Positions 12,390-25,959 are shown, numbered from the stretch's first letter. The stretch is 64,000 bases of DNA from Octopus sinensis (GCF_006345805.1 NC_043004.1:1364001-1428000), one strand, 5' to 3'. The notes: generated by a model from the letters alone, not told the origin. Program-made: numbers and translations.

Positions 12390-12400
12390 TTTTTTCACAC
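11990..12400. repeat. Compound (CA)n/(TA)n/(TACA)n microsatellite
   Basis: Direct reading. Confidence 0.95.
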
Positions 12401-13439
12401 ACACTCACCTTTAATTACATTTTCGATTCTTTTATATTCTTAACTCTGCTTTGGTCATTTTCTTTCATACACACACAAGCGCAAATATATGCATGTATGC
12501 ATGTAGGCATATCTATACATTTATGTGCATAAATGTTCATTTGTGTATGTGGGTTCATATGTATGTATATATGTACGTACGCGGAGCTATTCTCCTCCTC
12601 CTTCAATATGTATACATAGTCAGCTATCCGATAAAACACACTGCATTTATTTTATATCAGATTGCATTATAATATATTAAATTATCATATGTTATATTAT
12701 ATTATGTATTATATTATTGCATATTATATAATTTTTTATTTTGATATAATTGATTTTATTATTATATTCTTTAATATACAATCTTCATGCATGTAATCAG
12801 GGTTTCGTCCAACGTCTTATAATTACTTCAAGCAGAGTTGTTCCCCTTGGAAATTATGTTTCGTTGAGATATTTGGGTTTTTGTGTAGCCTCCTGGCTTG
12901 CACATGGCAGCTGGTGAACTGTGACCCATAAGTGAACTGTCAATCAGGAATCGGATATCTTCAGATGCAGTGCTTGCCTAAAATCATTGAGTACTGCATG
13001 CGAATTTTCCGTACTTGCATAAGGCAGCTAATGTACTCTTATACTTCAGAGATATTGAGGGCTATTTCTTTTGTTGTTATGCACATGGTAGTCTCTCTCT
13101 ATATACACATATGCATATGCTCATATATATATATATACATATATTAATGTTTGTGTTTATACCAGATTATATATAAAAACAATTTAACAATAAAATGAAG
13201 AATTGCTCAATACGTTTTCGTAGACATGTTCAACAAACATTTACAAGCAGAAGTGTGACAGTGACTTCGGAGTTTCGGCTTGTTAGCCCTCGTTTGATTA
13301 TACTATACTTTGATTTCCTTCGGCATTATATAGTTTTTGACGTTTGATTTTTAGGGATGGGTAGAACTGAGAAGTAAATATATAAGAAAATAGAAAAGGA
13401 TAGGAGAAAACTACGTTTGTCGAGTGTGAGTTGATAGAA

Positions 13440-13900
13440 AGTTATTGCTGGAAGATTTTTTCTTTAGTCTGAAGTGGGAATTGTGTTACTGTTTAAAGTT
13501 TAATCAACCGTGGAAATAACTCTTTACAGGGGTGGTTTCAGTTTAGACGTGTCAGATTCAGGTCATGGTATTCTTTGTATAGAAAGTTGGGTTTTATTGT
13601 GTTTCAGACTTTAAAAAAGATTATTTCTATATGAATTAGTTGGTCTCCCAGAATATTTAGCTTTAATGTCCATATATGTTTAGATAGCGAGGCATAATTT
13701 TTCTCGTATGGCTTACGGAATGTATGTGCGTTGATTAGTTAGTTGAACTGGTTATTTAGACCTACCAGTAAACTGAGGCTGATTAATAACAGGGGATAAA
13801 CTTAGAATATTCTCTTCTGGAGAACCTATTCTAAGGTGATTATGCAATCGTCCAAGTATCGATTACCGCACGACGTACTTGTACACGTTAGTGAAAAACG
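13440..13900 (-). pseudogene. Decayed Penelope-like GIY-YIG endonuclease C-terminal fragment
   Basis: Minus strand ~13640-13720 reads FRKPYEKNYASLSKHIWTLK, resembling the PLE motif SFR...(T/S)xLSKHIWxLK. Confidence 0.5.
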
Positions 13901-14356
13901 TGTAAAGATTATGTAGCTTATGATTTTATAATATAGAGTCTAACCTAGTCTTGTTTTATTCTGCTCTCAGATACATACGTATATCTAAACATATGTACAC
14001 AAAAGGAAATCATTTGACCATATATGGAAAGAAATAAAACTCACCGAGTAAAATCACGACAGAACTAAAAGGACTAAGGTCTCATTATAGTTGGAGGAAA
14101 CGATTAGAAGTGAAGAGTGAGGTACCTAATTGAAAAGACCGTCAGGGATGGCTCGCTATGGTGGTGGTAGCAAGTAAAGAAATTCCGAGAGATGAGAAGA
14201 AAGGTATGAATAAATGTGAAAGAGAGCAGGTAAAGAATTGAGACAGGGATAGAAATGAACGTCGAGAGAATAAGAAATATGATAAGTAGAACAAAATAGA
14301 AATATTGGTTTCTTATTTGGGTACAAGGCCAGCAACTTTGCGGGATTGGGTAAGAA

Positions 14357-14449
14357 GATTACATCGACCCCAGTACTCCACGGGTACTTGTTTTATCGAC
14401 CCCGAAAGGATTAACGGCAAAGTTGACTTCGGCGGAATTTGAATCGTGA
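14357..14449 (-). mobile_element. SINE family C fragment
   Basis: Reverse complement of the core ttcaaattccgccgaggtcgactttgcctttcatcctttcggggtcgataaa. Confidence 0.75.
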
Positions 14450-15053
14450 TAACGATTGTGACAGCTTCTCGACAGCTTATACAAGACAGAAATATTTAAA
14501 TAGAAGTGAGAATGAGAGAGAAAGACGAAAAAAGGAAAGAAAGATAGGATGAGAGATAAAAAAAAGATAGAATGGTCAGAGTGAGAGGGAAGAACTTCGA
14601 TAAATGATCGAAAATGTTGGATTATAAACATATTTGGATATCGACATGTCTGTTCAGCTTTGAAAAGACTACACAAATCATATATGCACTATGAGCGATT
14701 CCTTTAACAAACACACACACACACACACACATATACGCACACACGCACACACATACATATATGCGTACATGCAGCCGCACGAACCTACATACATGTACAA
14801 ACACATACACACACATACACACATATACACATACATGGAAGAGCGTTGTAGTTCGCTTGAAGCACTGTAGCACCGAAGTAGAATAATGAATGGAATGACG
14901 AATAAGGAAAGCTTCTAACAAAGCAGAAAGTTAAAAAAAAAACCCCTCATATTTCCGGCGCAAAATGTCACAGGCTTTACTTGTTCCTCATTTTATTCAT
15001 TATTCTACACATGTTTGTCTGTCTGTCAGTCTGTATGCATGTATATATGCATG

Positions 15054-15089
<36 letters not shown>

Positions 15090-15301
15090 TGTATGTATGT
15101 ATGTATGTATGTATGTATGTATGTATGTATGTTTGAAACTAGAGAAACAGCCAACAACTGATGAAGGGTTGTTCTTTATGTTGTTTGTTTTGTTTTCCAT
15201 TTGTCTCTTTCGTTGTTCGATAGAATAGTTCATGTTCCATGTACTCGTGCTTCGTACTTTATTGTTGTACACATTTCGTGACGTCCTGTGCCCACATATG
15301 C

Positions 15302-15393
<92 letters not shown>

Positions 15394-15499
15394 TAGATGT
15401 ATGTACATATACTTACATCTCTATAGGTGAAAATCCGCGACGTAGAAACAGTACTATACTGTATATTTTACAATTATTTTTATAATTTGTATATGTTCA

Positions 15500-17208
15500 T
15501 CTCTCTATGTATAAAACTGAGAATGTGTGTCTGTCTGTCTGTCTATCTGTCTGTCTGTGTGTTTTCCTAAAACTTGAGAACTACACAACCAATTTCATTC
15601 AAATTTTACACATTCCTTACTTAGAGTCCGGGGAGTGTCATCGGCAAAAGTTTTTTTTAACTTTTTGCCTAGGGCGAGCCCACAGCAATATCATATTTTC
15701 TCCACTGCGATTCCCTAAAACTTGAGAACTACATAACCAATTGCATTCAAATTTTACACATGCCATACTTAGGGTCCATGTAGTTTCATGGGAAAAAATG
15801 TTCATCTTCTTGCCTAGAGCGAGCCCATAGCAATATCATATCTTCTCCACAATTTCAGTATTACTTGTTGAAAGTGAAACAAAAACATTTCTCTATTTTA
15901 TGTCAGATACTTTCACTTTAACAATAAAAATAATAATAACAATTGAATTATATGTAGTAAGTAATAATTAAAATCAAACTAAAGTATAATATAATCGTAA
16001 CATAACAAAAGTAAAAATAGCAATTGGTATAAAATTGCATCAATGACTTGAACTTGAATAAGTGGTTTCACATGAATGGGAATAAATTAAAAATAAAATT
16101 AGCGTGCAGAAATGGAATAGTCCAGATGGAGCTGTGCTTTTACATTAGATTATCTGCTAATTAGCTAGCATTAAGTATCTATATGGAGTTTGGCTGTATG
16201 TAATATCTGTTTTCTCGAACAGCCGGTTCTACAGAGTACTGCTGTTGGTTTATTTTTTATACATAAAGGACAAAAGCTTCAACTGCTTACTGCTTTCTGA
16301 TTCATCGTAAGGTTTGTTGTTATTATTATTAGTCTAACTATTGTTATCACGTTTGCTGGTTCCTCGTAAAGGAAACATTGTTGTGTTGCATTTGTTAAAT
16401 AATTGTAAACTGTAATCCTCCCCCTTTGGGAAAAGGAGCTTTGGTTATTGTTTAAAAATTGAATTGTGTCCCTGTTTGGGGAAATTGACAATATTTTCAC
16501 CGTTTACACGGAAGCATTTTTGTTAGAATGCCTTCGATAGAAGAAAGTCCAAAAATGAATTTCGCTGCAGCCGTCGGTGGGCGCGAAATGGAAGAAATAC
16601 GGATTGATCACCGATAAAGACGGTGAATCTAGGATAACACCACTAAACGAAATAAAAAATTAAATTAAAGAAAAGACTATTGTCTATAAAGTATACAATG
16701 TAGAGAAAATAAAAGATTTGAACACCTGGAGGAAAGCACCTTCGAAAAGTGTCTTGGTGCGACTATGAAAGATATCTAACTAGAGGTGGTAAATTCTCCA
16801 CAATAGAAGCAAGGTTCGAGTCAACGGAGCGTGCAAGGGAGTACTCGACTCGAACCTTGAAAAGTGGAAATATTTTATTTTTACCTTTATATCTGGGACG
16901 TAGGACGTCCCGGATAAAAATTAAAAATGGCCCCCAAGAAGTAGAGGTAGGCTGGATTGTAGCCACACTTCTATACAAGAGGGAGGACAAGATACAATTG
17001 ATCGAAATTGCAAGAGACGGGCCTACAATTCCAGTCTGTTATATATTTTGAGTATTGTTATCACTAGCGGTATCACGATATAACTTTGTATTTTGTATTT
17101 TATGTGTAGATGTATATATATAGATGTACATGTAATATGTACACATATATATACACATATATACATGCACTAGCACTATGGCCCGGCAACGACGGGTCAT
17201 AATGCTAG
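15500..17208 (+). mobile_element. Non-autonomous Helitron-like element
   Basis: A|TC start (tctctctatgtataaaactgagaatgtgtgtctgtctg), internal ~145-bp tandem duplication (~15563-15850), subterminal hairpin tatggcccg-gcaacga-cgggtcata (17177-17201) and CTAG|T end at 17205-17209. Confidence 0.65.
16540..17051 (+). pseudogene. Decayed ORF1-like fragment of an L1/Tx1-like LINE inside the Helitron-like element
   Basis: MNFAAAVGG... then YLTRGGKFSTIEARFESTERAREYSTRTLKSGNILFLPLYLGRRTSRIKIKNGPQEVEVGWIVATLL; ORF1 assignment by recalled resemblance only. Confidence 0.45.
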
Positions 17209-17229
17209 TTTATAATAAGTGCAAAACAA

Positions 17230-17289
17230 CACCAAGGAGGAATCGGCGTAAGCTTAGATAATAAACCGCAATATGGCGAGGAATTACTG
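17230..17289 (-). mobile_element. Tigger/pogo-type MITE terminus
   Basis: Reverse complement cagtaattcctcgccatattgcgg resembles TA-cagtagtccctcgtcatatcgcgg at 23939. Confidence 0.5.
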
Positions 17290-17588
17290 AATATAAATGT
17301 ATACATATATGTATATATACATATATATACATACATTTATATATATGTGTATGTATATGCACACACACACACACACACACATATAGATGCGGCACTGAAT
17401 TTTGTCAGTGAACAGGTCGCAATTTCAAAGCAACGCAAATATTTTGACAAATTAAATTTCAATGTTGAAGTGAATCTAACGGTTTTTGGGTGTTTTTAAA
17501 TAGCTTTTTAAATACCTTCCACGCTGCAATTGTTTTGTTTCAGCACAAGATCTCAGATCAAGTCACTTGCTATGCAAGTACATCTTCG

Positions 17589-17645
<57 letters not shown>

Positions 17646-18304
17646 CGTGTGTGTGTGTTTTTGTGTGTGTGCGTGTAAAATGTTCCAGTCATGTACCTTC
17701 TACATACATACAGCTACATGCCTACAGGTATATAGTATGCACTTTATGAAAAAATAAGGCACCGCGTTTGAAAAATTAATAGAAACTTAGAAATGTGTAA
17801 TTGTCAATGAAGCATCAAGTAGAACGATAAACAGAAAATATCAATTAGCAAAATAATTAACACGTCATAATTTAAACATAATTTAAACATAAAGCTAAGA
17901 GACGATTGCTGCGGCTACACTGATTGAATTATAAAGCATCTTACTGCGTTTCTCTTGAAATTATACATACGTATATATATATATATATATATATATAAAT
18001 ACATACATACATACATACATATATATATGTATATGTGCATAAATGTATATATATACAAACATACATACGTACAAACATGGATACGTACTCATACACACAC
18101 ATAATTACCTATGAATCTATACAAGCTAACATACACACTCAGATAAACGTGAGCGCGCACATACATATATATATATATATACGCACATCCACCACTACAA
18201 ACCTCAGCACACGAAGATTTGTGTGTGTGCATGTGTGTGCACGTATGTGTGTGTGTGTGTATAAGCGTTGTGTGTGTTTGTGTGTGCTTGTGTGAACGTG
18301 TGTA

Positions 18305-18378
<74 letters not shown>

Positions 18379-18893
18379 ACTATCACAAACTCAATTCCGT
18401 TATCTCATCTCTCAGCTTCCTATCAAAAATTTCGTAAATGTAAAAGAATCATGTGTGTTTGCAGGTATGCCTATAGAAACACCCTCGTAAGTACATTTAT
18501 ACCTTATTTTGTGTCTAAGTCTACGACTACATTCATATATTTCAGGTCAATATCCAATCATTGTTACTTCTCTTTGGATATCTTATTTTTTAGGCGCCGA
18601 CTTGCTTTTCGCTTCCCACTCAATCGTCCGTCCAACTTGTCGTTTGGCTTCCATCTTAGTTTTGCAAAAATACTTTTTACATAAATATTTTTACCGACTG
18701 TGGCTTTGACCCTAAACACTAATTCCATGGAACTTTCTTAATTTCTTCCCTTGTCTTTATTGACGAAGGACCACAGTGTGAAACATTAGATATTTCCACT
18801 CTGTTTCCTTTCAATGTAAAATTCCTGACCGCGTTTTGTTGTTGGTTTTGTTCCTAATATTTTCATTGCGTTCACATTATTTCTCATCTTCCA

Positions 18894-19288
18894 GGACGGC
18901 GAGCTGGCAGAACCGTTAGCACGCCGGGCGAACTGCTTAGGGGTATTTTGTCCGCCGCTGCGTTCTGAGTTCAAATTCCGCCGAGGTCGACTTTGCCTTT
19001 CATCCTTTCGGGGTCGATTAGATAAGTACCAGTTACGCACTGGGGTCGATATAATCGACTTGATCCGTTTGTCTGTCCTTGTTTGTTCCCTCTGTGTTTA
19101 GCCCCTTGGTAGGTAGTAAAGAAACAGGTATTTCGTCTGTCTTTACGTTCTGAGTTCAAATTCCTCCGAGGTCGACTTTGCCTTTCATCCTTTCGGGGTC
19201 GACGAAATAAGTACCAGTTATGCACTGGTGTCGATGTAATCGACTATCTCCCTCCCCCAAGTTTCAGGCCTAGAGTAGAAAGGATTAT
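18894..19288 (+). mobile_element. SINE family C, dimeric form
   Basis: tRNA-like head (ggcgagctggcagaa...gagttcaaattcc); core gccgaggtcgactttgcctttcatcctttcggggtcga occurs twice in tandem. Confidence 0.85.
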
Positions 19289-19439
19289 TTCTCTTCTTCT
19301 CCCTTTACTTTACCGTCTCTATATTTCTCCCTTGTTTGAAGCATTGGCAGTTTCTAAACTTCCCTTCGTCTCGTTCAGCATTTGGCTCTTTTCTTCGTTC
19401 TCTACAACACCCTCGTACATCTCATTCGTTTAGGCCAGT

Positions 19440-19610
19440 CACTTTATCATTTACCAGTTGAGAGCGAAAATAAAAACACCACTTACTCCATACTCCTCAC
19501 TCCTTGACGAAGGCTAAATCCCGAAACACTGGGCACTTCATTTCCCAAAGCGCTCGAACTAGCCAAACTCTTCTAGGAAAAATACAACGGTTTACTTCTC
19601 TTCTCAAACG
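19440..19610 (+). repeat. PLE terminal-repeat-like remnant with degenerate hammerhead motif (19503-19533)
   Basis: ttgacgaaggctaaatcccgaaacactgg followed by catttcccaaagcgctcgaacta, resembling the 4465 family. Confidence 0.35.
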
Positions 19611-20187
19611 CATCAAAACATAATAGATCGCTGGAGTTCGATGAAGAACAGCTGCATCGGTTGCTTTTGACCATTCGACTATGTCTTTAAGACAATTTCA
19701 ATTTCCAGTTAACATATTTTGATTAGCAACTCTCCTTCATAGATGCAAGTATGTTACAGCCTCACAGAACTCTTCAATTAATAAGGTGGCAAAACATGTC
19801 TTTACATTCTATTTACTTCATATAATCAATAATATAAGCGTATAGAATGATAAATTCTGCATTTATGAGAGAAGGGAGGAAACCCAAAGGTATATTTCCG
19901 AGGAAAAAGTTTTGATTCGCTGCTGGTATCCTTCAATTCTCTCTATAGATCTAAACTGATGTGTTTATTGGAGAAATCACTAACAGTGAGTGCATGGTTA
20001 CTAGTCTTTCTAAAACTGGAACGACATGTCGATAACTGAATTAGAGAAAAGTCGAACAGTAAAATCAACAGTGGGCGTAAGAAGATGAATATATTTTGAG
20101 AACTGAATATAATAAACTGATATTTAAGAGTCATGTGGTCCGTGGCTGTAATATTATGGTAATAATAAAAACTAAAATACCAACAAA

Positions 20188-20349
20188 GGCGTAGGAGTAG
20201 CTGTGTGGTAAGTAGCTTGCTTACCAACCACATGGTTCCCGGTTCATTCCCACTGCGTGGCACCTTGGGCAAGTGTCTTCTACTATAGCCTCAGGCAGAC
20301 CAAAACCTTGTGAGTGGATTTGGTAGACGGAAACTGAAAGAAGCCCGTC

Positions 20350-20392
<43 letters not shown>

Positions 20393-20602
20393 GGTGCATA
20401 TGTTTGTATTTGTGTTTGTCCCCCCAATATGGCTTGACAACAGATGCTGGTGTGTTTACGTCTCCGTAACATAGCGGTTCGGCAACAGAGACCGATAGAA
20501 TAAGTACTAGGCTTCCAAAGAATAAGTCATGGGTCGATTTGCTCGACTAAAGGCGGTGCTCCAGCATAGCCGCAATCAAATGACTGAAGCAAGTAAAAGA
20601 GA
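20188..20602 (+). mobile_element. SINE family B, full length, with internal (TA)n/(TG)n tract
   Basis: tRNA-like head, ttgggcaagtgtcttctactatagcc...gtgagtggatttggtagacggaaactg, internal microsatellite, 3' half ending gactgaagcaagtaaaag; copies at 22583, 34805, 43433 and 59430. Confidence 0.85.
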
Positions 20603-20697
20603 TATATCAACCAAGAAAAAAAACAACATATCACCTACGATGTGTTAACTTTGCAAAACATATCAAATAGGATAGAATTTAGAACCAGTTCAATATA

Positions 20698-20729
<32 letters not shown>

Positions 20730-21249
20730 TATATGGAAAATAAACTCAACGTTTATGCATCGTTTGTAGATAACTTGGTGTATTTGAACTATCATAATAA
20801 AAACTATCGTAATGAAAACGTCTAACTAATTTTACTAGCGATATTCACAAATCATTTTGTACTAATATAATAGTTAAAGATCTATACTTATAAAGAATAT
20901 CGTTAGTTTACCGTTGTGCATAACGCTAACTTCTTTCTCATTGATCTGGTGCCTTGCTCGAACCCACAAGCTGTTTATTATCTTTATTACTTTTCAGGAT
21001 AACATTCCATTCAAAAGAGAACGTATGAATAGATTTGGTGAAATAAGCTAATGAAATAAAAATTTTAAAATTTCTCTGTACGTAATTGCATCAAAATATT
21101 TCTGAAATAAAAGTGACTTCAACAATGGAGGGAATTTAATAAAAGAATTTATGGAAAAAATTTAATTTCTATTCTTTTTTTCTATAAAGGACATTTAATT
21201 ATACAGATATGTGTGTATGTGTGCATTTTTACGTGAGCGTGCGTCTATG

Positions 21250-21310
21250 TACACATGTATGTATATAGGCATATATCAGCATGTTTGTGTGTATTTATGT
21301 ATATGTGTGC

Positions 21311-21359
<49 letters not shown>

Positions 21360-21790
21360 ACTATCTATATATCTATCTTTCTCTCTCTCTCTCTTTCACT
21401 CTCTCTCTCTATCTCTGTATATGTAGACGCACATATATAAATAATAAATATATATATACAGACATATCTATGAAAACGCATACACACATATCCATACATA
21501 TATACATATACATATATTTATATATATACATACATATAATTATATATATATGTATATATACATATATAAATGTATATATGTATATATAATGTATATATAT
21601 ATATATATATGTATATGTACATATATAAATGTATATATGTATATATATATACATATATATATACACACATATGTATATATATATATAATATATATATATA
21701 TATTATATATATATATATATTATATTATATATATATATAAAAACACATATGTATATATATATATAAATATTATATATCAGAAATATAGGT
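21250..21790. repeat. Compound (TATC)n/(CT)n/(TA)n microsatellite
   Basis: Direct reading. Confidence 0.95.
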
Positions 21791-21985
21791 GTACGTATAT
21801 ATACAAATATGACGTTAAGTTTACACGCACGCCCCCCCTCCTCACACATTCCTCATGTATGCTCGTATATTCTAAAACAAATACACTCACAACACATTCT
21901 GACGTTATGCACATATATGAGATATACGAGCGTTAATAAATAACATATAAGCTCTATGCATGATATGGATTATATACACGTGTGA

Positions 21986-22044
<59 letters not shown>

Positions 22045-22109
22045 CACGTGTGAGTGTGTGTGCGTGTGTATGTGTTGTATGTCTGTGTGTATATATATAT
22101 ATATATATA

Positions 22110-22380
22110 TAAGGTACAGGAAACTTATATATACACCATTCGGCTTAAATAATGGAACTGCAGATACAATATTTTTACGTGTTTCACGTCTGTTTTCATT
22201 CCATCACTTCAATCTGTATTTCATATCTTCTCTATAATGACTATTACTTAAACGTTTTCTCGCACCGTCTCTGATGAAGGGACATATAAATTATCCCAGA
22301 AACAGTTGTAAAATCTTCTCTGTAAAATGTTCTGAAAACTTTCACAGACTTGGATTTCTTTTATCTCATCCTGTTAATTT
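22110..22380 (+). mobile_element. PLE terminal-repeat-like element with hammerhead motif at 22267-22315
   Basis: gtct CTGATGA a ggga-catataaatta-tccc a GAAA c agtt GTA aaatc; flanked by (TA)n on both sides. Confidence 0.55.
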
Positions 22381-22582
22381 ATATATATATATATATATAT
22401 ATGTAAAGCACAAAATCTCACCATATGAATAATAGTGTTCCCCTCTTTACTGCACACTCCAATAAGGAAATAACAAATACGTGAGAATATGAAGAACTAC
22501 GTTGTGTGGAAACAATTGTAGTGATTACAAATAAACGTTCCACTTTACTACTTCTTGTTGATTCCAACTTATTCCATTATAT

Positions 22583-22742
22583 AGCGGCGTGGTTGTGTGG
22601 TAAAAAGCTTGCTTCCCAACCACATGGTTTCGATTCCAGACCCACTGCGTGGCACCATGGGCAAGTGACTTCTATTAGAGCCTCGTCGCGACCAAAGCCT
22701 TGTGAGTGGATTAGGTAGACGGAAACAGAAGGGAGCCCGTCG
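22583..22742 (+). mobile_element. SINE family B, 5' half
   Basis: Homologous to 20188-20350; followed by microsatellite. Confidence 0.8.
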
Positions 22743-22804
<62 letters not shown>

Positions 22805-22809
22805 CACAC

Positions 22810-22866
<57 letters not shown>

Positions 22867-23000
22867 TGTACGTGTGTGCATGTGTGTGTGGTTGTATTTA
22901 TATATATATATATATATAATAATAAATATTAGGGAATAAATCCAAATTTACAGGGAAAAAATCAGATTTAGGATTAAATCCAATTTTATAGTAAAATATT

Positions 23001-23314
23001 ATAAAATATTATTAGAGACAAAACCACTATTTTGCAAAACAAACAAGGAAAGACTTAATCAATACATAAAATTTTAATAAATAGTAAAAAAAACCGCCAC
23101 TACAATTGTTACTTGTCTTGATCGACAATCTTCAGGTGGACTTCCAATAAGTCAGTTTCAAATATGAACTGACTTATTGGAAGTCCACCTGAAGATTGTC
23201 GATCAAGACAAGTAACAATTGTAGTGGCGGTTTTTTTTACTATTTATTAAAATTTTATGTATTGATTAAGTCTTTCCTTGTTTGTTTTGCAAAATAGTGG
23301 CTTTGTCTCTAATA

Positions 23315-23323
<9 letters not shown>
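23001..23323. mobile_element. Near-perfect palindromic PLE-like fold-back with mirrored hammerhead motifs
   Basis: ~157-bp arms around a 4-nt loop (aata, 23161-23164); HHR-like motifs at 23097-23139 (-) and 23185-23227 (+). Confidence 0.75.
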
Positions 23324-23363
<40 letters not shown>

Positions 23364-23529
23364 GTGTTTATATATAAGTTAGTGTTTGTTTTTAAGTTAT
23401 AGTAAAAACAATTTAAAATTTAGTGGAAGTATTACTCAACACATTAATTTGAAGAGTACAAATTTATTGTTCTTTAACAACAACAATATTTATAGTGACT
23501 TGGAAGTTCGAGTCTTGGTCAGCTAGGCC

Positions 23530-23545
23530 GTCATCGGACTGTATT

Positions 23546-23637
<92 letters not shown>

Positions 23638-23678
23638 GTATATATATATATATATATAGTATATATATATATATATAG

Positions 23679-23754
<76 letters not shown>

Positions 23755-23806
23755 CATATATATATGTATGTATATTTAAGCATATGCATAGATGTATATA
23801 TATATG

Positions 23807-23841
<35 letters not shown>

Positions 23842-23895
23842 ATATATATATATTTATATTTAAATATATATATACATATATGTATACATATACAC

Positions 23896-23936
<41 letters not shown>

Positions 23937-23940
23937 CATA
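23530..23940. repeat. (TA)n-rich microsatellite
   Basis: Direct reading. Confidence 0.95.
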
Positions 23941-24060
23941 CAGTAGTCCCTCGTCATATCGCGGTTCACCTATCACGCACTCAGTACAATGTGGATTCTA
24001 TGGCTAATATATGTAAATTTGTATCGCAGACTCCTCAGTATATCGCGGGTTTCTGAGGCC
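23939..24060 (+). mobile_element. Tigger/pogo-type MITE terminus
   Basis: TA followed by cagtagtccctcgtcatatcgcggttcacctatcacg. Confidence 0.5.
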
Positions 24061-24499
24061 GATACGTATTTATATTTTTTAGATTTTAATTATTACCCAA
24101 GATAGTCGAGTGATTACCGTATATGTATGTACACATGTCTGTGTGTGCTTGTGAGTGTATGCGCGCGCGCGTGTATACATAATATTTTAGTTCGTTTGCA
24201 CTTATCTTCCTCTATTCGTAAATGGCTTTCATACATTTAATGAAATAATTTTAGTAATCATTTGTCCAGTAACCTGTGTATAACGTACACATGCAGAAAT
24301 AGGCGAACATACACAGAAATATACGAGCACATATACCTGACTGGAACAAATACAAAGTAAAAATTGCTCCGGCATGGCCACAATCTCTGGCAGAAGCCAG
24401 TAGAATAAAAAAGATATGTATGCGCGTTTGTATGTATATGTAAACATGCAACGCGCAACGCGCACACAAACACATGTAGACACCCACACCCACTCTCAC

Positions 24500-24689
24500 A
24501 TACTATTTACACACACGCATATATATATATGTGCATGTATATGTGTGTGTGTACATACATACATACATACATACATACATGCATATATAGTTATGTATAT
24601 GTAATCTACAAATGCATATATATATTTTATATATATATATATATATATACGTATAAATACATAAGTAAAAATAATAATAACATACATAC

Positions 24690-24729
<40 letters not shown>

Positions 24730-25095
24730 TATATGCCTCTGTCATTCTCACTCTCTCTGTCTCACTCTCCCTATCTCTTCCTACATATATATATAGGGTT
24801 GTAGATACGTTTATACGTAAAGAGGATTACATATGTACACATATATGTAGTGTTATATACATATATACATACATGATACATATATATATTTATATACCTA
24901 TGCATATATATATGTATATATACGTATATATAAATATGTATATATACATATATATACATATATATATATACATATATATATATATACATACATATATACA
25001 TACATACATACATATATATATGTATATATATATATATGCATACATACACACACATATATGTGTGTGTGTATGTATATACGTATGCATGCATTCAT
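24500..25095. repeat. Compound (TA)n/(TACA)n microsatellite
   Basis: Direct reading. Confidence 0.95.
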
Positions 25096-25959
25096 TTATT
25101 TAAATTTATTAATTAAAAGCCAGTGTAAAAATTGAGGGAACATTTACTGATGAGGAGAGATGTTACCGAGATGTGAGTCAAATTATAAATTTCAAATTGT
25201 CTGAGACATATTAAAACTCGTTGAATAAACTGCCTGGCAAAACCAGAAATCTCTGTCAGTACGAAATCGACAATACTTACATAAAGGGCTGGGTCAAGAG
25301 CCGTGTAGGCCCTAAGATTTCGATGCCGCTATATATTTGTAATTAAAACTGTAAACAACGAGAAACCATAAAATATATTTTTATAATTCGAAATGAGACA
25401 AAAGTAAATGAAATGCATATTTTTTGAATATTTCCGCTTTATTTATATTTGAACAGTTTTCTCCTACTTATTTTAATTGCAAAGTCTTTGATCAAAATCC
25501 TCACCATGACCACATGAACTCTTCAAAATTATATTTCCGATCACATAAACCACTTCGAATACAATTTGGCTTTTTTGAAATGATTTCTTTTGTTCCGTAA
25601 GCTGTTTTCCATTTCTGTGGCACGCTCTTCCCTTGGTGCCCGAATAACGTGCCTCTTTTGTTTAATGGCTAATCCGGCGCTTCTTATATAAATGCTTAAA
25701 TATCATACACACGCATATATTCATATGCCTAACAATAGGTACTAATATGTGAGCGTGTATGTGTGTATGAGCGTGTGTATATGAGTTTGTACTTGATATT
25801 GTTTATGCAAGCCAAAACGCAGGTTCGAGCGGTTCGACAAGTAGCGATCGACAAATATGAGCCAGCCTGAAATAAATCCTAGGGAAGGAAGCGATATTAA
25901 CAACAAAATCATTGAAGACAGTACTCCACTTTGGACACGACCCGCTAATCGTACATGCA

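Noticed and set aside
15150-15200. CTGATGAAG motif in the 3425/15140 repeat family
   Set aside because: No GAAA or stem II follows downstream in either copy, so no ribozyme can be drawn.
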